A stretch of DNA of 62,156 nt, filler included. It is 12 parts of 12 records of this genome, joined end to end, with 100 filler letters (N's around TTAATTAATTAA, not from the genome) between each part and the next. Parts side by side here need not be neighbours in the genome. Positions count along the whole stretch, not along the records: positions 32,892 to 36,943 come from SRR15195285_5801; positions 37,044 to 41,893 come from SRR15195285_5802; positions 41,994 to 46,713 come from SRR15195285_5807; 9 more parts are not named here. One strand, written 5' to 3'. Below the pieces are notes generated by a model. The model saw nothing but the letters and a program-made list of their open reading frames with translations, made no database searches and was not told where the DNA came from. This document shows positions 33,062 through 44,535 of the stretch, in pieces. Within the stretch, counting starts at the first letter, position 1. Every line of letters begins with the position of its first letter. The position numbers and the translations under genes are program-made.

Positions 33062-36000
33062 ATGTCGGATCAGGAAGAAGCGGCCTCTGGAGGCGCGCCG
33101 AGCAGCGTGCGTGTGTCTAATCTACGCAGCTTCGCTGCTGCTGCAGACGCTGCTGCTGCTGCTGCTGCTAGTGCTGGGAAAGCCGAGGCTGGCAGCGGCT
33201 CGGGCTCGGAGACGGAGGAGCTGGACTCGGACACGGAAGCGAAGATGCAGGCGACGTGGGTTGCTCAGCGGAGACCGACCGAGACTAAGCGGAAGCGGAA
33301 GCGCGTCGAGATCGTCTCGCCGGCGATGCAGGGAGCGCAGCAGGCGACGCAGCAGGCTGCTGCTGAGTCACACAGCGCAGCTCCAGGTGCGATCGGCGGT
33401 GCACGGCCATCTAGGAACGGGTGCAATGCAGAGGCTGCACCGCAGGCCCAGCCAGCTTTCACCGAACGTGCCATCGGCGGGATCAGCATCGCGTTCCCAG
33501 CCGGTCTCAAACCACACGCTCCGCAGATGGCCGTGATGGCCAAGGTGGTCACGGCACTGCGGCTGAAGAAACACGCCCTGCTTGAGGCGCCCACAGGCAC
33601 CGGGAAATCGCTGGCGCTTCTTTCAGCAGCGCTGGCGTGGCAATCTGCCGAGGCTAAGAAGCTCCACGCCGCAGCCGGTGGCGACATGAGCACCTCGCGT
33701 CAGGCTACGGCGCTGCGTGAGAAGGCGGTGTTGTTGAATCGGGCAGCAGCTAGCGACCGGACGGATGGTACCACAACTGGCATGCGTGGTGTTGAAGAGG
33801 CCACTGTAGCCGCTGTAGGTGGTGGTGACCATGCTGACGCACCACCAGCGCCACCCAGAATTTTCGTGTGCTCACGGACACATTCTCAGATAGCTCAGCT
33901 GCTCACGGAGCTCAAGCGGACGCCGTACGAGCCTGAGATGACCGTGTTGGGCTCACGCTCTCGGTACTGCTGCAACGCTGAGGTACAAAACAGCGAAAAC
34001 AGCGTTGATGCCATGTGTGCCCAGGCAGTAAAAGCTCGGACGTGCAGCTTTCATGCCAAGGCGGATCTGCTGGCGTACGAGCTGAGTAAGCTCCGGGTGT
34101 GGGACATGAGAGACATCGAGGATCTGAGAGCTGAGGATGGAGGCGGCGGAGGTTGCCCTTTTTTCGCTACGCGACAGCTTGCAGAGGGCGCGTCACTGAT
34201 CTTTGCGCCGTACAACTACATCTTCGACGCTGGGGTCAGGGAAGCTCTGCAGATCGACGTGAAAGGCGCAGCCATCATAATCGACGAAGGTCCGAACAAA
34301 GCTGTGTAGTTTCAGGTGTGAGCTTCACGTCTGACATACATTTGGCTGTGTGATAGGCCATAACTTGGAGGATGTGTGTCGCGAGTCGGCGAGTTTCGAT
34401 ATTACTGCGACGGCACTGTCTACATGCAACCGGGAAATCGAGGCTATGAGCAAGAGGTCCGTTCCTACAAACAGTTCTCTCTGCGTTGTTCCAGGCTGAT
34501 TTGGCAACCCGGTCTGAGCCGAGATGCTTCGTCCAGGTTCCCGCAGCTGGAGTACGTTGCAGTGTTTGTTCGACGTTTTAGCGAGTGGTTCGAGCGTGTG
34601 ACCACAGAAGTTGGCTCACGGCACGGTGGGGAGCGGATACAAACTCCAGGAGTTTCTGTTGCTGAATTGAGTGCGGCGATTGGTTTGCCGCCGACACTGC
34701 CGTACGAGCGGCTCTGCAAGCTAGGGTTTGAGGCGAGTTGCAATGTGCAGGAGATCCTGACAGAGCAAGGCGCGGCTGGCTGGGGCGCAGCCAGTCTCCT
34801 AGCGGCTGAGAAGCTGTGCTGGCGGTGCATGGATATGCTGACTGCAAAACCCGAAGACTACCGGATTGTTGTGCGGTCCGGAGATCGAGGGTCATTCAGC
34901 AGCTTTGGTCGTGGCGGTCGCGGTCGCGGTCGTGGTGGGTTTGGGAACGGTGCTGCACGACGTGGCGGTGGTGGTAGTGGAGGCAAGGAGGCTTCGTTCC
35001 ATATCTGGTGTCTGAACTCGGCTGTTTCCTTTGTCCCCGTTGCTGAGCAAGCACGCTGCGTCATCATCACCTCGGGAACCCTCGCACCAATGGCGGTGAG
35101 ATCAAGCAAACGGACGTGCCATCGTTTTCATGAACTTCTTGCAAATCAAAACAAAACGTCATTGTTGTGGCAGGGGATGCAAGGTGAGCTGGGCGCGAGC
35201 TTTCCACTGAAACTAGAAGCGCAGCATGTCATCCCATCGCGGCAGCTGCATGTCGAAGCGTTAGCAGAGCTCGGCGAAGTAGTTTATAAGAACTATTCCG
35301 GTCACCGGGGTGCGGCGTTCAACGACCAGCTTGGCGGTGAGCCTGGCACAACATCTTGCGCGTTGGAAACAAGTGGAAACCTGAAAACAAGTTTTCTATG
35401 TGCAATTGATAGGGATACTACTCTCGCGATTGCCTCATATACCAAATGGTTCTCTGTGTTTTTTCTCCTCCTATTCGTTAATGGAGAGGGCAGTAGAACG
35501 TTGGCAAGGTGTGCACCATGGTGCACATATCTGAAGCATGTTCCTGCTGATGACCCGTGTACTCAAGTGGTCGTGTCGATTTGGTAGAGACCACGATTTG
35601 GGACAAGCTATCAGAAGTAAAGCATGTCGTACAGGAAGGTAGGGGCGCTGACAGCTTTGCTGATACCATCGAAGAGTATTACAACGCCGTCCCAAGTGGG
35701 GCTTTGCTGCTTGCAGTGTGCCGTGGTAAGGTCAGCGAGGGCCTGGATTTCAAAGCAGAAAAGGCGCGTGCAGTTTTTGTAGTGGGGATACCTTTTCCGT
35801 CCTACCAGGTGCGTAATGACCTATGCAGGCCCATGCGAATCTTTACAGTCAATGCATCGGCGGGCCCACTGATAGACAAGGTGTGCATTTGTAGGACACG
35901 AAGGTCAAGCTCAAGCAGGAATTCAATGACAGTGCGCAGGCGCGCGTGAAACGTGGAGGGGCAGTTTCTCCGGATGGTTTGGTGCTCCCTGGAGGCAGTT

Positions 36001-36854
36001 GGTACAGGCAGCAGGGATACCGAGCCTACAACCAAGCTATTGGACGCTGCATCAGAAACCTGGCAGATTACGGCGCGGTGCTGCTAGTTGACGCTCGTTT
36101 TCACACAAACTCTGAGGGAGCACACCGTCACCGCGAGCAACTATCGCGGTGGCTTCGTTCTCAGGTCAAACAGTTCCATCCGAGCGAATCGCCGAAGGCG
36201 CTTGCTGACTTCTTCGCGGAACTTAAAGAAAATCCACCTATCGGAGCCAGCTCTACCAGCCCCAGCAAGGCTGCGACCAGAGGAACGACAGAGCGCACAG
36301 TCGCTGACAAGGATCAATATAATGCACCAAGTGCTCCAACGGCACTGGAACAGTTTGCTTCAATGTTTCATCCTCCAGCTGGTGCACCTGATCATGATCC
36401 CAATGTTACAGAATCAGAAGGGCGTGGCGATGAGTTTCAATCTGCAGCAGGAAACACGACGGCAGCGGTGGGGGAGACGCAAAATACACACGAGCAGGAA
36501 TGCACTGCTGTGATCTTCGAAAGAGGGGCGCTCGGCCTCGAGTTTGTTCAGCAGGCTGACCGCGTTGTCGTCTCTGCTGTGCGGCCAGGCTTGGCAGCGA
36601 AACTCCCTTTCCCAAAGATTAAAAAGGGTATGCAGCTGCTGCGAGTGTCTTGTGAGACAGCCGACGAGCTGACAGGACTAGACGTCAATGGTGCAGCTAG
36701 TAAGTGGCACAATGCTGGTGGCGAGCTTGTAGTACGCCCCCCTGCTGCGACGTGGGCAGCGAAGCTTGCGCGGATGCCAAGGCCGCTTACTCTCGTCATG
36801 ACCCAGCCCAAGCTGAAGGCTGGGATGCAGACGACAATAGAATCTATGTTCTGA
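33062..36854 (+). CDS. XPD-family Fe-S DNA helicase (FANCJ/RTEL1-like), multi-exon, with C-terminal PDZ-like domain and PIP-box-like tail
   Basis: HALLEAPTGTGKSLALL, SRTHSQIAQ, four Fe-S cysteines (RYC, MCA, TCSF, CPFF), FAPYNY, IIDE|GHNLED (intron 34290-34356), WCLN, ITSGTLAP, FFSSY, AVCRGKVSEGLDF, GIPFP, NQAIGRCIR...DYGAVLLVDARF. About 7 exons. Confidence 0.92.
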
Positions 36855-36943
36855 TGGCTTGTCCAATGATTCGTTTTCGCTGGATCCAGTCCATATTAAA
36901 CGCAAACCAATTAAACTCTCTCTTCTACGGTACCCATGCGTGT

Positions 36944-37043
36944 NNNNNNNNNNNNNNNNNNNNNNNNNNNNNNNNNNNNNNNNNNNNTTAATTAATTAAN
37001 NNNNNNNNNNNNNNNNNNNNNNNNNNNNNNNNNNNNNNNNNNN
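36944..37043. other. Artificial contig spacer
   Basis: N44-TTAATTAATTAA-N44. Confidence 0.99.
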
Positions 37044-37167
37044 TCCCCACCCCGCAAAAGAACACAACCCTGGCCGCATGATGGGGCGCGCCCTGCGAGC
37101 TGCGTGCTGCGATGCCAGCCCAGGGCGGCGGCGCGCACGCGCGCTGGAGCCGCTCTGCACACTTACT

Positions 37168-40100
37168 ATGATTATGAACCTGCTGCTGCTGCTAGCGATG
37201 CTCCCAGCCGCTGTGTCTATGGTCACTGCCAACCATATCACCTATACCAAGTTTACCGACATGGGCAGTCACCTAAACGGCGCGAAACGCGGTGCTTGCC
37301 CAGACGGAAGCTGCCAGTCGCTCCGCTGCGGCGTCACAAAGCCATGCGGCAAAGTGGGCTGTGCTGGCGCTGGACCGCAAGCCTGCAATATCACTGCGCT
37401 ACAGCAAGCATGCACCGCTGATTTAAAGTGTGGTGGTTTCAACTCAGACGGCTGGCTGAAGCCGTGCGTAAGCGTGGGCTGCGGTGCAACGCGCACGCAT
37501 ATGCGTGGAGTCGACACGTACGCCAGCTCGCGGCCGCCACCTCCTCCATCTCCGCCAGCGCCCCCGTCCCCACCTCCACCTATCGATCCGCTACCTAGCA
37601 TCGAGGATTGGCACTATCCGAGGGAGGAGCAGGCGGAGATGACAGACCTGCTCATGCTTAACCTGCGGGTCGCAGCGCTACACGTCACATCCAACGCCAC
37701 AGGGACGCTCACCATGCGTGCTGCCAACGGCAGCACAGCGAGTGTCAGTAAGGCCGGTGATCAGCTTTTCGGCTGGCAACTACGTGGATTTCTCACTGGG
37801 GGTAGCGATGCCACTCCGCTTGCCATCTTGCGCCACGACGCGCAACGTTGGGGACTTGTGGCTTTCCTTGGAGAGGGTTCCAGGCTCGGCCCAGGTGGTG
37901 CGTCTGGGAGCTTTGTACTCCGCAAAGGCGTTGGCCGCATCGATGCTGTGCGTCGACCGCATTATAATCTCGTGGATGTCGATAGCAGCTATTTCAAAAA
38001 AGCCGTCGAAGATCCTGATGATTTCATTCGGCAAGGGATGCAGCACGACTCCGCGTTCAACGAGACCACCTACGTTGCGGCAGCCTCTAGGCTGCCGCCT
38101 GCACATGACTATGCAATCATTGGCAACGTAAGGTCACACACTAAGTTTTCTGTCGCACAAGATGGCCGGGTTAAGCTTGCGAATTTTAGCATTTACTCGC
38201 CAACACTGCAAGGAAATGTGACGGATGCTGGGCGTCACACACACTTTGGTGGTGGTCCACTCGGAACGGTACTGTTGTTTGATCCGCGCGTGTACCTCAG
38301 CTGGTGGCCACAGGACAACTTTACTGATTACAAGACCAGTATTCTTGGTCGTTACACACGCGCTGTGACCTTGGCAGCATGGGATCAATCAGAACAACGT
38401 GGCTTTGGGCTGACAGTAGTACCGAACACGCAACGAGGCATAGAGACGAATCCGTACGATACTTCGGAGCTGCTGGTTGAGCTCGAGGAGCATGGCACCC
38501 CTGCACGGTAAGGCTTGAATACCTTTCCTTGAACAAATACTAGAGCGAATCGTTCGTGTTGGCACCCAGTCTTCGGCGCGCTGACAGTCAACCGCATCGG
38601 TGCGGTGTTTCAGCTACTTTGCAGTGCGTGGTTGTGTCACCGCCAGCTCAAACGTGGACTCAGCTTGCGATGGAACTGGCTGTCGCGATTTCCACCGATG
38701 CAGTGCCCCAGTAGACTCAACGACGGTAGAGCTGACCGAGCCCGGTGAAGGAGCAGCACTCTTTCACGCCAATTTGTACAAACACTGCGGCGAATGGCGC
38801 GATCTGTTTGATAGTGGAGGTGAGAGCCACGACAAGTTCACTCTTGAAAAAAGAACAATGTTGCTCCTGAGATGCTTGTCGCGTGACATTAGGATTGCAG
38901 CTCGAGCTTGAATATGATGCGAGCGAAGCTGCGCGGGTGATTGACATGGCTCGGTGTGCCTGTCACGATACATAGCACTGTTTAAATGCTCGCACATCGA
39001 CGGTACACAGCTTGTCATAGATTCATATGGACATTTGTGTCCGTGAAAATTGTAGCTGTCTCAGGAAACTCAGGTTCATTGATCGGACAGGGGCACGATG
39101 GCGGCGGCAATGACCACGTGGATCGGTCTGCGACCGAACTATGGAGATGGTAATTATAGTGAGGAGTCCTGAGACTGACACGAACACAGCTGAATCACTT
39201 GTGCATCATATGTGTGCAGGTACCAACTACTGGAGCGTGAATGCGAAGGATCGAGGTTCTTTGCCACTTGAGTCATACGCGCTAGATCATGCCTTGCTCC
39301 TCTGGGGCTTTGTCGACGCTGCTGCTGAGCGCATCGAATGGTACTTGCAGAATTACGTGCGCGCCGCCGACGGTGCGTGTGTCAGAGTGTCACTTTTGTA
39401 CCACCAAGGCCATGTATCGGAATCAAGGACGGTTTTGGCACGCTACTCGTAGGCATGACGCCGCAATCCCTTTCACCTGGAAATAACGGTACTGGCTCGT
39501 CTGCCGGCCCGCCTGGCTCGTTGGACCTGAAACACTGGGAGGACGCTGTCTTCTTTGCGGATAGCTTTGCGGACTACGGCCGCTGGGTGGAGCTCTGGGT
39601 CGATACGGCACGTGCTAAAGAAGCTGCTGGCGATACTACCTGGATCAAACGAACATGGCCGCAGGTGCGTCTTATGGCACAGTATATGCTCTCCCTCCGG
39701 GGCAACGCTACCACGTCGGGGATTGGAAAAGGTCTAATCTACGGCCCAGCAGAGCACGACACCGCACGTTTCGAGACAAATTGGTTCTCGATTTCAGGTG
39801 CAAAAATGTCCATTCAAAGTGACTGTGTGTGGATTGTTGTCCACTAACGTCAAATAATGAGCCGCTGCACTGATACGATCGCATGAATTTCCAATGATGT
39901 AAACAGGCTGGACATGGCGAGGCTTCGTGCAATTGTATCGCTTTTTAGCAGACACAGCAGCAGTTTCTGAGCCAGCCCTCGCAGCGCACCTCGTGTCCGA
40001 AGCCATTGCATTCAAGAAGGATATTGACGCTGCAAGGGACGCTTCGCTTGTCCGGGACGCGAAGGGACGGCCGTTCTTCATCCCTCCATTTGCCTCTGCG

Positions 40101-41383
40101 AACTTTACTCCTTACCAGAGTATGACGCAAGGTATGCTTAACAAGAGTCCAAGATGTAGAGTTACTGCTATCCATGCCACTGTGGCTTGATCGCATCACT
40201 CAACCAAGTGTCGTTCGATGCACTGCAGGTGGAGGTTTTGGTGGCGGAGCATCGTATAGTAATTTTCGGTATTTCAGCGAGATGTTGTCGTCTGAGTTTC
40301 TCGGATCTGAGATCGACTCTGCCTTGAACAGCTTCCGTGAGAGTCATGGCGGTACGTTGAGTGGTATGACGAGGTTCCGTGACCACCTTGACGACATGCC
40401 GTGAGTCACCGCGAGCAGCACTACACGCACATTTAGTCGATTGCGAATGTTAGAACTGGTCTGGTGTGCATGACATGCTACTCAGTAAGCAGTTTGGCAG
40501 TTGGTATGGTTGTATAGCTGCAGGGCTTTGGACTTACTGCATTGTCCCTCTATTCGTGTGTGCAGAGCCAATGGCTATGCATATTCTGCCATTGCCACCG
40601 ATCGTATCACCTCTTTCCTCTCTCTGATGTTTGGTCATATTGCCAACTACCAAGCCCATGGAACCTTCAACGCACCGGAGCAGCTGGGGTTGTACGGCGA
40701 CGGCGGTTCCCGCAATGTTTGGACGTACTCTGACAGTTACCGCCAAATGCTTGGCAGTACCAGAACGGAGGTGTGCATAATTGTCGAATTCAGTGCGATT
40801 TAAGAACAACTTTGGAGCCTAACGATTGTTTTTGCAACAGGTTGATATCGATATGTGCGTTCCCTCGACAACATTGATCGCATTTATGCTACGTTGGATG
40901 TTGGTCTGGGAGGAACGCGATGCCGACACGGTGTGGCTGCTCAAGGCCGCCCCGCGCCGGTTGTATCAACAAAGCTCCCTTACCTATTTGGTGGGTAACT
41001 TGGCCGACGAGATGCAGACGCAAGATTTGGTAAATGTCAGAGCCGCACCGACACGATTCGGTGATATTAGCTACACATTGGGTTCAGTTCATGGTATGGC
41101 GAGCGAAAACGCTAGTGCGATGTTTCTCTGCAACGTGACACTGGGGCTGCACGGACGTGGCTTCGTCAACACCCACGGCCTTCGGGTGGTGATGCGGCTG
41201 CGTGATCCCAATGGGCAGAAGGCAATCTCGTCTGCCGCAATTTCAAGTAGCAGCAATAGCCAAGTGGCCGTTGCGCAGGTTGACAAAGTTGCGGAGACTG
41301 TAACTGTAGAAGTCCCAAGGCAACTGATTGCCAGGGGTCGCACGACCAAAGTCTCCTTTAGTGTTGTTGTCCACTTTGCGTGA
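37168..41383 (+). CDS. Large secreted protein, about 10 exons, probable (alpha/alpha)6 six-hairpin glycosidase-like enzyme
   Basis: Signal peptide MNLLLLLAMLPAAVS, Cys module, Pro linker. A phase-consistent GT-AG exon chain (first exon ends 38507, last runs 40841-41383) gives PNYGD|GTNYW, DSFADYGRW, GLIYGPAEHD, WTWRG, YSNFRYFSEML, HLDDMP, RWMLVWEE, WLLKAAPRR, AAPTRFG. Function is inferred. Confidence 0.72.
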
Positions 41384-41893
41384 CACCAGGCATAATCTGT
41401 TGTGCTACATATTCAAGGAGGAGAAGACTACAAATCGTAGTTTTCATGTTGCCTTGGAATATGAATGCCAGGATCAGCATTTAATCAATTCCCACACTGG
41501 CAAGTACCTGGTAGTGTGAATATTGAAGATTCCATGAAGCATTCGAACTGTACTCTACTTCAGTGACAACTATTGCTACGTCATGTCGAATGCAAAGTTG
41601 ATATTGGTCACAAGATAGTGAACCTCAGTGTCTGATTAACAGAATGGAAGCAGAAGTGGTTGCGAGAGAATCTTTGCCGCAGCACTTGCGGCACGCTGTA
41701 GACTGACGAGATAAAGAGATAAATAAGCATTCATTTCTCCTACATGCCACGTAGCTGCTCCTTCCCTGGTTCAGCTAACTATAGATAGTTGCCACAGAGA
41801 GTATTCAGGTTGCAAGCATTTCTTGAATTGGGTCTTCTAAACATGAACCACTGCTCTTGAATTAGGGTGCGCCCGCATTTAGGACAGATCTAT

Positions 41894-41993
41894 NNNNNNN
41901 NNNNNNNNNNNNNNNNNNNNNNNNNNNNNNNNNNNNNTTAATTAATTAANNNNNNNNNNNNNNNNNNNNNNNNNNNNNNNNNNNNNNNNNNNN
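41894..41993. other. Artificial contig spacer
   Basis: N44-TTAATTAATTAA-N44. Confidence 0.99.
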
Positions 41994-42406
41994 GGAAAAC
42001 TGACTGCGGTTCGAGGAGGGCAATGTTCTTGTCACTTTTTTGGGAAGCCGTTTGGAAACTGGTTGGCAGACCCTGGTTCCGCACACTCCCTCAATCTCGT
42101 AATGCATACATTGATTATATCAATTTTGAACATATACTATCGAGAATTTAATGCGAGTTTGAAGGGACGGAGTTGGGAGAGTGCATGCCCGAAATTGTGT
42201 CTGCAATTGCTCCGCGCATCTTCCTCTACTTTTGTCAATGCTACGGTAAAATACTGGATTCTGAGAACCCACTGAGAAATCGTGCCCACCTGGAGTCCCC
42301 TCCCTTTTCGCGCATCACTGACTAATAAATACATCGATATGTAAAATATGAGTCGGTTCGAATGAGTTCCATTTCCAACCAGGAGGGTTGCTGACTCGTG
42401 CATTGC

Positions 42407-42482
42407 GCATGTTTCGAGGTGTCCAATTTTCACCGGTTAATATCAGCGCCCAATCCATCCATGCAGTTCCTGTGGACAGATT
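42407..42482. repeat. Dispersed non-coding element, copy B (homologous to 29039-29115)
   Basis: gcatgtttcgaggtgtccaattttcaccggttaata...ccatccatgcagttcctgtggacagatt, colinear with copy A. Confidence 0.75.
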
Positions 42483-42897
42483 GCGCGCAAGAACAAACAA
42501 TTCACGTATCTACCCATTTTGGAACCGTTCGGAGGGTCTGTCCCGAGGGATCTACCGTGCAGTTGGCGTAATCGGAGGTTTTACGGACCGTCTGGCGGAA
42601 AAACAGAATGGAAAGTCGTCGAGGAACTCCTATCTATACAGCTGTAGGAGCAAGGAGCAGCTGGTGGTCGTGGTGGTGGAGGTCCTGGTCCTGCTCCTGC
42701 TCTTCTTCCTCCTCCCTTAGGGGGTTTGGATTTTGTTTTCCCTATTAGGATCGCCCACCATCCGGTCGTACAAGGAGCGTGCAGGGGGGGTGGGGGGAGG
42801 GGTGCTGGGCCAGGGGCTGGGTCAGTGCTTGTTGTTGGTCGCTTCTGGGGTGGGAGGCGCCGACCCTACAGCAAGCGCCGGCGGCAGCAGCGCGGCG

Positions 42898-44313
42898 ATG
42901 GGGGCAGCGGATGTGCTCGGCAGCCCGCGGCGATGCCTGGACATGGAGCGGGCCGTAGGTGACGAGCGGATTGGGAGGACGATCCTCACGTGCCTGCTCG
43001 ACGCGCCGCAGCCGGACTTCGTGGCGTCCGTTGCCGCGCCGCAGAGGAAGCTTCTCGGCAACAAGCTCGCGATGCGGAAGGGCGGCGGCGGCGCAGGCGG
43101 CGGCGGCGAGAGCAGCCCCATCTTCACGCCGACCACATCGCCGACGCTGAGCGCGTCATCGGCCGACGTCGGCTGTGACGAAGAGTGCTACCTCCTCGCC
43201 GACTTCGAGCTGGACGGCCTCGAGGAGTTGGATGCAACGCCTGCCGAGTCCGACTTTGAAGCGGCACTGCAGCTCGAGCCCTTGAACGGCAAGGACGGTG
43301 CACAGCTCAAGATGACCGAAGATAGCGCACAGCTGATCGTCGACGTGTACGAGGGTCTCGTCGGGGGCGGGTCGATCGCGAGCATCAGTACCGAGTCGGT
43401 GTCCGGCACGTACGTCGTGCGCGGTCCCGACGGCATGAGCCTAGCGATCTTCAAGCCGTGTGACGAGGAGGCTGGCACGAACGGTGGCGACATGACGGCA
43501 CTGTCGGCGTCGGTGCAACGCGGCTGCGCTCCGGGCGAAGGCGCCAAGCGGGAGTACCTGGCCTACATGGTAGACCAGCAGTCACCGGCTGGCTTCCGTG
43601 CAGGAGTTCCGGCAACCGCTCTCGTACGTCTGCGGCACCCCACGATGTTCGCCGGGCTGCCGAAGGAGGGATCACTCATGCGCTTCGTGAACAACCGTGG
43701 TGGTGCGGAAGACTTCGGGCCTTCCTGTTTCTCGGAGGCAAACGTGCACCGCCTGGCCCTCTTCGATCTGCGTACGCTCAATCTCGATCGCCACGGCGGG
43801 AACATCCTCGTCGACTCGACTACAGGCGACCTCGTCCCGATCGACCACGGGTGTGCCTTCCCCACCGAACTCGGCGAGCCGTGGCTGGACTGGCGACTGT
43901 GGCGACAGGCGGAGACGGAGCTGTCTTCTGAGACGCGTACCTTCATCCAGGGTCTCGATCCCCTCGCGGCAGCCTCGCTGTCCGCGGAACTTGGCCTGCC
44001 AGACGGCGTGTGGCGTACCGTCGCTGTAATGACGCTGCTGATCCAGGCCTGCCTCGGGGGAGGCCAGATGACTCTGCGCCAGGTGGCAGAGCTGACCATG
44101 AACCGTTGGTCCGAAGGCACAAAGGACGCCGAGGTTAGCTTCGTTGAGAAGCTCGGAACCGACTTGGTGGCTGCAGATCGCGCAGCCAAAGCTGTCGCAT
44201 CGGAGGAGTGGCCCTGGCCGGGCAACAACGGGCAGTCGACTTTTGTTGAACGCTGCCGACTGGCCATTGAGGGTCGGCGGCAGGTTGCAGCATTGACGCA
44301 GGCGGTGGATTGA
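42898..44313 (+). CDS. Type II phosphatidylinositol 4-kinase (PI4K-gamma-like)
   Basis: SGTY, AIFKPCDEE, GEGAKREYLAY, GVPAT, GSLMRFV, FDLRTLNLDRHGGNIL, LVPIDHG. Intronless; start at ATG 42898 or 42943. Confidence 0.9.
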   Translation: MGAADVLGSPRRCLDMERAVGDERIGRTILTCLLDAPQPDFVASVAAPQRKLLGNKLAMRKGGGGAGGGGESSPIFTPTTSPTLSASSADVGCDEECYLLADFELDGLEELDATPAESDFEAALQLEPLNGKDGAQLKMTEDSAQLIVDVYEGLVGGGSIASISTESVSGTYVVRGPDGMSLAIFKPCDEEAGTNGGDMTALSASVQRGCAPGEGAKREYLAYMVDQQSPAGFRAGVPATALVRLRHPTMFAGLPKEGSLMRFVNNRGGAEDFGPSCFSEANVHRLALFDLRTLNLDRHGGNILVDSTTGDLVPIDHGCAFPTELGEPWLDWRLWRQAETELSSETRTFIQGLDPLAAASLSAELGLPDGVWRTVAVMTLLIQACLGGGQMTLRQVAELTMNRWSEGTKDAEVSFVEKLGTDLVAADRAAKAVASEEWPWPGNNGQSTFVERCRLAIEGRRQVAALTQAVD

Positions 44314-44535
44314 TCGGGGCATGAAGTTGAATAGATTCGGTTCAGAGTGCAGACAGCTACGCGCGCCCGCCTCTTCCTTCTCCTGCTGTGCTAGCTCCTC
44401 AGACGTTGCGATCCTTCCAAGCTCCTGTCTCCTCGCTGTTTCGCTGTCTACCACGCTTGCACTGACTCAGTCGCCCAGATTGTGAGCCGATCCCCGCCTT
44501 CTCGGTCACCACGCACGTAGGCCGTTTGCGCGTGT

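Noticed and set aside
41384-42720. AT-richer stretches as horizontally acquired or viral DNA
   Set aside because: No credible ORFs; consistent with UTR, intergenic and repeat-derived sequence on two different contigs.
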